A DNA stretch of 64,000 nt, taken from Antedon mediterranea. Taxonomy: Eukaryota > Animalia > Echinodermata. The notes below the pieces were generated by a model, which was not told the DNA's origin, ran no database searches, and worked only from the letters and a program-made list of their open reading frames with translations. The stretch covers positions 12,770,352 to 12,834,351 of the forward strand of contig NC_092678.1 in NCBI RefSeq assembly GCF_964355755.1, read 5' to 3'. Each line of letters begins with the position of its first letter. Within the stretch, counting starts at the first letter, position 1. A program made the translations under genes and the position numbers. Below, one piece after another: positions 60,230 to 64,000 of the stretch.

Positions 60230-63205
60230 TACTCTAGTAGCTAGATCAACTTTCGTATGCACTTTGAGGTCCAGAGAATTTGACTTCAGAAATTAGTTTA
60301 GGGTGGTCAAACAATCATATTTGGCTTGGTTACACATTTTGAAAATGTGGCGAAAGGTCAAAAGGTCAAGGTGAAAGGTCATAAGACCAAACATAAATAT
60401 GTCCTTAAATCTCAACAACCACTGGTCACAACGAGGTAATTTTGGTCTTAAATTAATCGGAAGGTATACATTTATATTCAGTCTAATGGGACATTTTAGT
60501 AAAAAATGACCGGAAATGCCATTTCTGACCTTTGACCCACAACCCAGGGCATGTATGTATCTCCGTAACTACTGGTCGTAGACACTTGAATTTGGTTTTA
60601 AATTCTTCGAAATATATATTGTGTTATTTGTTACACATTTTGAAAAATGTTACAAAAGGTCAAAGGGTCAAGGTCAAGGGTTATTTGAACAAATAAAAAA
60701 AGGTACTTGTATCTCGGCAACCACTGGTCGCAGCAAGTCAATTTTGGTCTCAAAATGTTCAGAAGGCATGCATTTATATTCCATCTAATGGGGCATTTTA
60801 GTCAAAAATGATCAGAAATGCCATTTCTGACCTTTGACCCACATACCAGGGCATCTTCATATCTCTGTAAGTACAGGTCGTAGAAACTTAAATTTGGTAT
60901 CAAATTGTTCGAAATATACATATTTACATTCATTGTAATAGAAAATGTGGTTAAAAGATGAACAGAAATACTATTACTAATGTTTCAAACAAAAAACATA
61001 TCTACACAGCTTATCCTTGGACAGTAATGTTATGCAATAACTGATACTTTAAATTGTTTTAATTTCAAGTACTAGTTATTGCTGTCCCCGAGGACATTTT
61101 GATAGAAACGTTAAGCTCAACAGTTCTTTTCAGAATGCTAGAAGTAACTTGCCATATGTATCCGATTAAACGCCCCAGGCATTTATTGTTCAAAAGGGTT
61201 TTTAGGGGGAAAGGAGGCATCTTTATTTGGGGTATAATATGGTAACATGTATAATCAAATAAATACCACCTAGATGTAAAAAAATACTGCACAATTAATA
61301 TAAAAAAGTGATAAAATTATGTCAAAATGCTTGGTAAATTGTAGATTATGGTAGTTAATGAAATGTGTTGACGTGATACAATTATTGTGTCAATGCATGT
61401 GGCGGGGTGTTTATTCCACATGGTGTTCTATTGGAGGGAATGGTGGCGTTTATTTGAAGGAATACTCTAATTTTAATCATTGTATTTCGTTTCTCAACTG
61501 ATAAAAGGTACTTAATACATGATTCGTTTTCCTCTTTATGCTTTTTAACGAAATGTTTCTGTCTTTTAAAATAAAAGTGATAGATTCCATTAAATGAATC
61601 TTCTCCTCCAGGTGCCAGTATAATGATATAAAACAATGACACATCATTTTCCTGACACGATTGCACTCATAATGGATCTTCATTCTATCATCTATTTGTT
61701 TGTAACTACAAATTTGACAACAATCTTTTGCATAGTTTTAAATGCCAATACATAGTTTCATTAATATTGTACAATATGTCCAGCTTTCCTGAAAACACCC
61801 TTGTGTACTGTAGTACAGTGTTGTAGTATGATTTTATCATGATAAACTTCTGATGCTTTTATTGTCAATGCATTCAGTACCTAAAACATGTCAAAGTTTC
61901 TAGTGGTATTGATAATAAATCTCCAGAAATATATATTGTTTTATTATCTACACTGGGAACAGACGTGTATATGTATAAGTTTTGTCGTTGACATTCAAAA
62001 CTATTATGCAACAGTGTTACGTAATAATGACAATGACTTGGTCTATTATTGTGGTCTCCGATACCTTTTATTACATGATTGTACTTCCACCAGGATAGAA
62101 TGAGGTTTAATCTCGTTATTATTCTTATTATATATATATATATTTTTTTTTCATATATATATCTGGGGTGTATTTATTAGATTATACATGTTACTATTAT
62201 TACACCCAACAAAATAAACGCCTTCCCTGAATAAATAAATGCCCGAGGCTTTTATTCGGGTAACTACAGTAAATTACTTTTAGCATTCTCAAAATGTTAA
62301 CAATACTTTCTAGCATTATTATAAGCAAAAGTACAATTATTACAAACAGTAAAGGATTTGTTTTAATTCCTATAATGAAATTATTAAGCATCAATTATTG
62401 CATAACATTACTGTCTAATGATAAGTTGGGTAGATATGTTTTTCATTTAAAAGATTAGTAATTAATAGTATTTCTGATCATCTTTTATCCGTTTCTGTTA
62501 GAATGAATGTAAATATGTGTATTTCTAACAATTTGATACTAAATTTAAGTTTCTACGACCTGTACTTACAGAGATAAGAAGATGCCCTGGTATGTATGTC
62601 AAAGGTCAGAAATGTCATTTCCGGTCATTTTCGACTAAAATGTTTCATTAGACTGAATATGAATGTATACCTTCTGAACATTTTGAGACCAAAATTTACT
62701 CGCTGTGACCAGTGGTTGCCGAGATACAAATACCTAATTGTGTTTATTCATATAACCCCTGCCTTGACCTTTTGACCTTTTGTAACATTGTTCAAAATGT
62801 GTAACAAATAACTAAATGTATATTTCGAACAATTTGAGCCCAAATTCAAGTCTCTACGGCCAATAGTTACGGAGATACAGACATGCCCTGGTTTATGGGT
62901 CAAAGGTCAGAAATGGCATTTCCGGTCATTTTCGACTAAAATGTTTCATTAGACTGAATATGAATGTATACCTTCTGATCAATTTGAGACCAAAATTACC
63001 TCGCTGTGACCAGTGGTTGTCGAGATTTAAGGACATAATGGTGTTTGATCTTATAACCTTTGACCCCGACCTTTTGACCTTTCGCCACATTTTCAAAATG
63101 TGTAACCAAGCCAAAAATGATTGTTTGACCACCCTAAACCAATTTCTGAAGTCAAATTCTCTGGACCTCAAAGTGCATACGAAAGTTGATCTAGCTACTA
63201 GAGTA
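60230..63205. mobile_element. Non-autonomous Academ-like element with TIRs of about 700 bp
   Basis: tactctagtagctagatcaactttcgtatgc... (60230 to about 60940) is inverted at about 62490-63205. The 3 bp TSD tac (60227-60229, 63206-63208) is defined by the restored LINE frame. A 3 bp TSD with TA-starting long TIRs fits Academ. Confidence 0.75.
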
Positions 63206-64000
63206 TACAGGAGCACGTTAGAAGTAATACTAAAACTCCAAAAGAGAGCTGTAAAATGCACCTTCTCTAAATCCAGACAAGTCTCAGAGCCACTGTTTAA
63301 GAAACTAAAAATATTAAACGTTTATGATATTTACAAAGTCAACGTCATAGGATTTATGGCAAACGTAAAATTCAATGAATCACCACATCACATTTTAAAT
63401 ATTTTTAATTACTGTGACAGTATTAGGCCTACTCATAACCTCAGAACAGAAACTGAATTCGAAATTCCCTTCACAAGACTAACTTGCAGTCAACAATTTA
63501 TACACATATATGGACCAAAATTGTGGAAATAATTCACTTGTAATGGTGGTAATAAACCGGTTATCTTAAAGAAACAAAATAAATGTATAAAAAAACAGTT
63601 AAAAAAATACTTTTTATCACTATATGCTGATTAACAGCACCTTTGTTTATTTAAGTTCTATATACTGGTTCTTATGTAAAAGGGTCCTACAAAAAAACGA
63701 AGCTACAGCTTTTTTATGCAGGATCCCTGTTTTCAGTTGTACTGTAATTATGATGTACTGTAATTGATGACTAAATAAATGTGGAATAAATGAAATGAAA
63801 TGAAATAAGAAAATGTGTATAATAAGCTTTTGACCAATACTAATTAACATTAAATTACATTTATTAATAGTACAGGCTATATGTGACATTTATCCTATGT
63901 AACCTTGAAAAAATTCTAATAAAAGGTCTTTTGGTATTTCCTTGTAGCTTTAGGTGTGAATAAATACAAAAAATTTTTTGCTGCCTTCTAGTTGCTGCGT

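Larger units (their letters stand above)
52650..63806 (+). pseudogene. 5'-truncated L2/CR1-group LINE split into three pieces (about 52650-52899, 60186-60229, 63209-63806)
   Basis: Removing the two insertions restores one frame: ...FLGVILNGNLNWKHHI...LYNTLVLPHLQYGNLILGNTYRSTLEVILKLQKRA...GPKLWK. Ends in aataaa(tgaaa)n. Confidence 0.85.

Noticed and set aside
62960-63532. 190 aa ORF as a novel gene
   Set aside because: Chance fusion of TIR sequence (to 63205) with the LINE RT C-terminus.

Overview
AT-rich, intron-dense animal genomic DNA; the repeat style suggests a marine invertebrate, possibly an echinoderm (inference only). It holds two head-to-head plexin-like genes. The + strand gene is complete: 37 coding exons at 28079-52506, about 1900 aa, Sema-PSI-IPT-TM-GAP/RBD. 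The - strand paralog has six traceable exons (8097 to 3408) before an Academ-type transposase relic. The complete gene keeps the plexin GAP fold but lacks all three conserved GAP arginines and carries several acidic tyrosine motifs. The two paralogs have near-identical Sema N-termini and a sharply divergent patch. The rest is layered mobile DNA: a young intact Bel/Pao LTR element, decayed CR1/L2-group LINEs, two non-autonomous Helitrons, Helentron-like elements, a 5S+tRNA composite SINE, Kolobok-, Academ-, MULE- and mariner-like TIR elements, a Penelope fragment and minisatellites. All exon and boundary calls were made by eye, without alignment tools.
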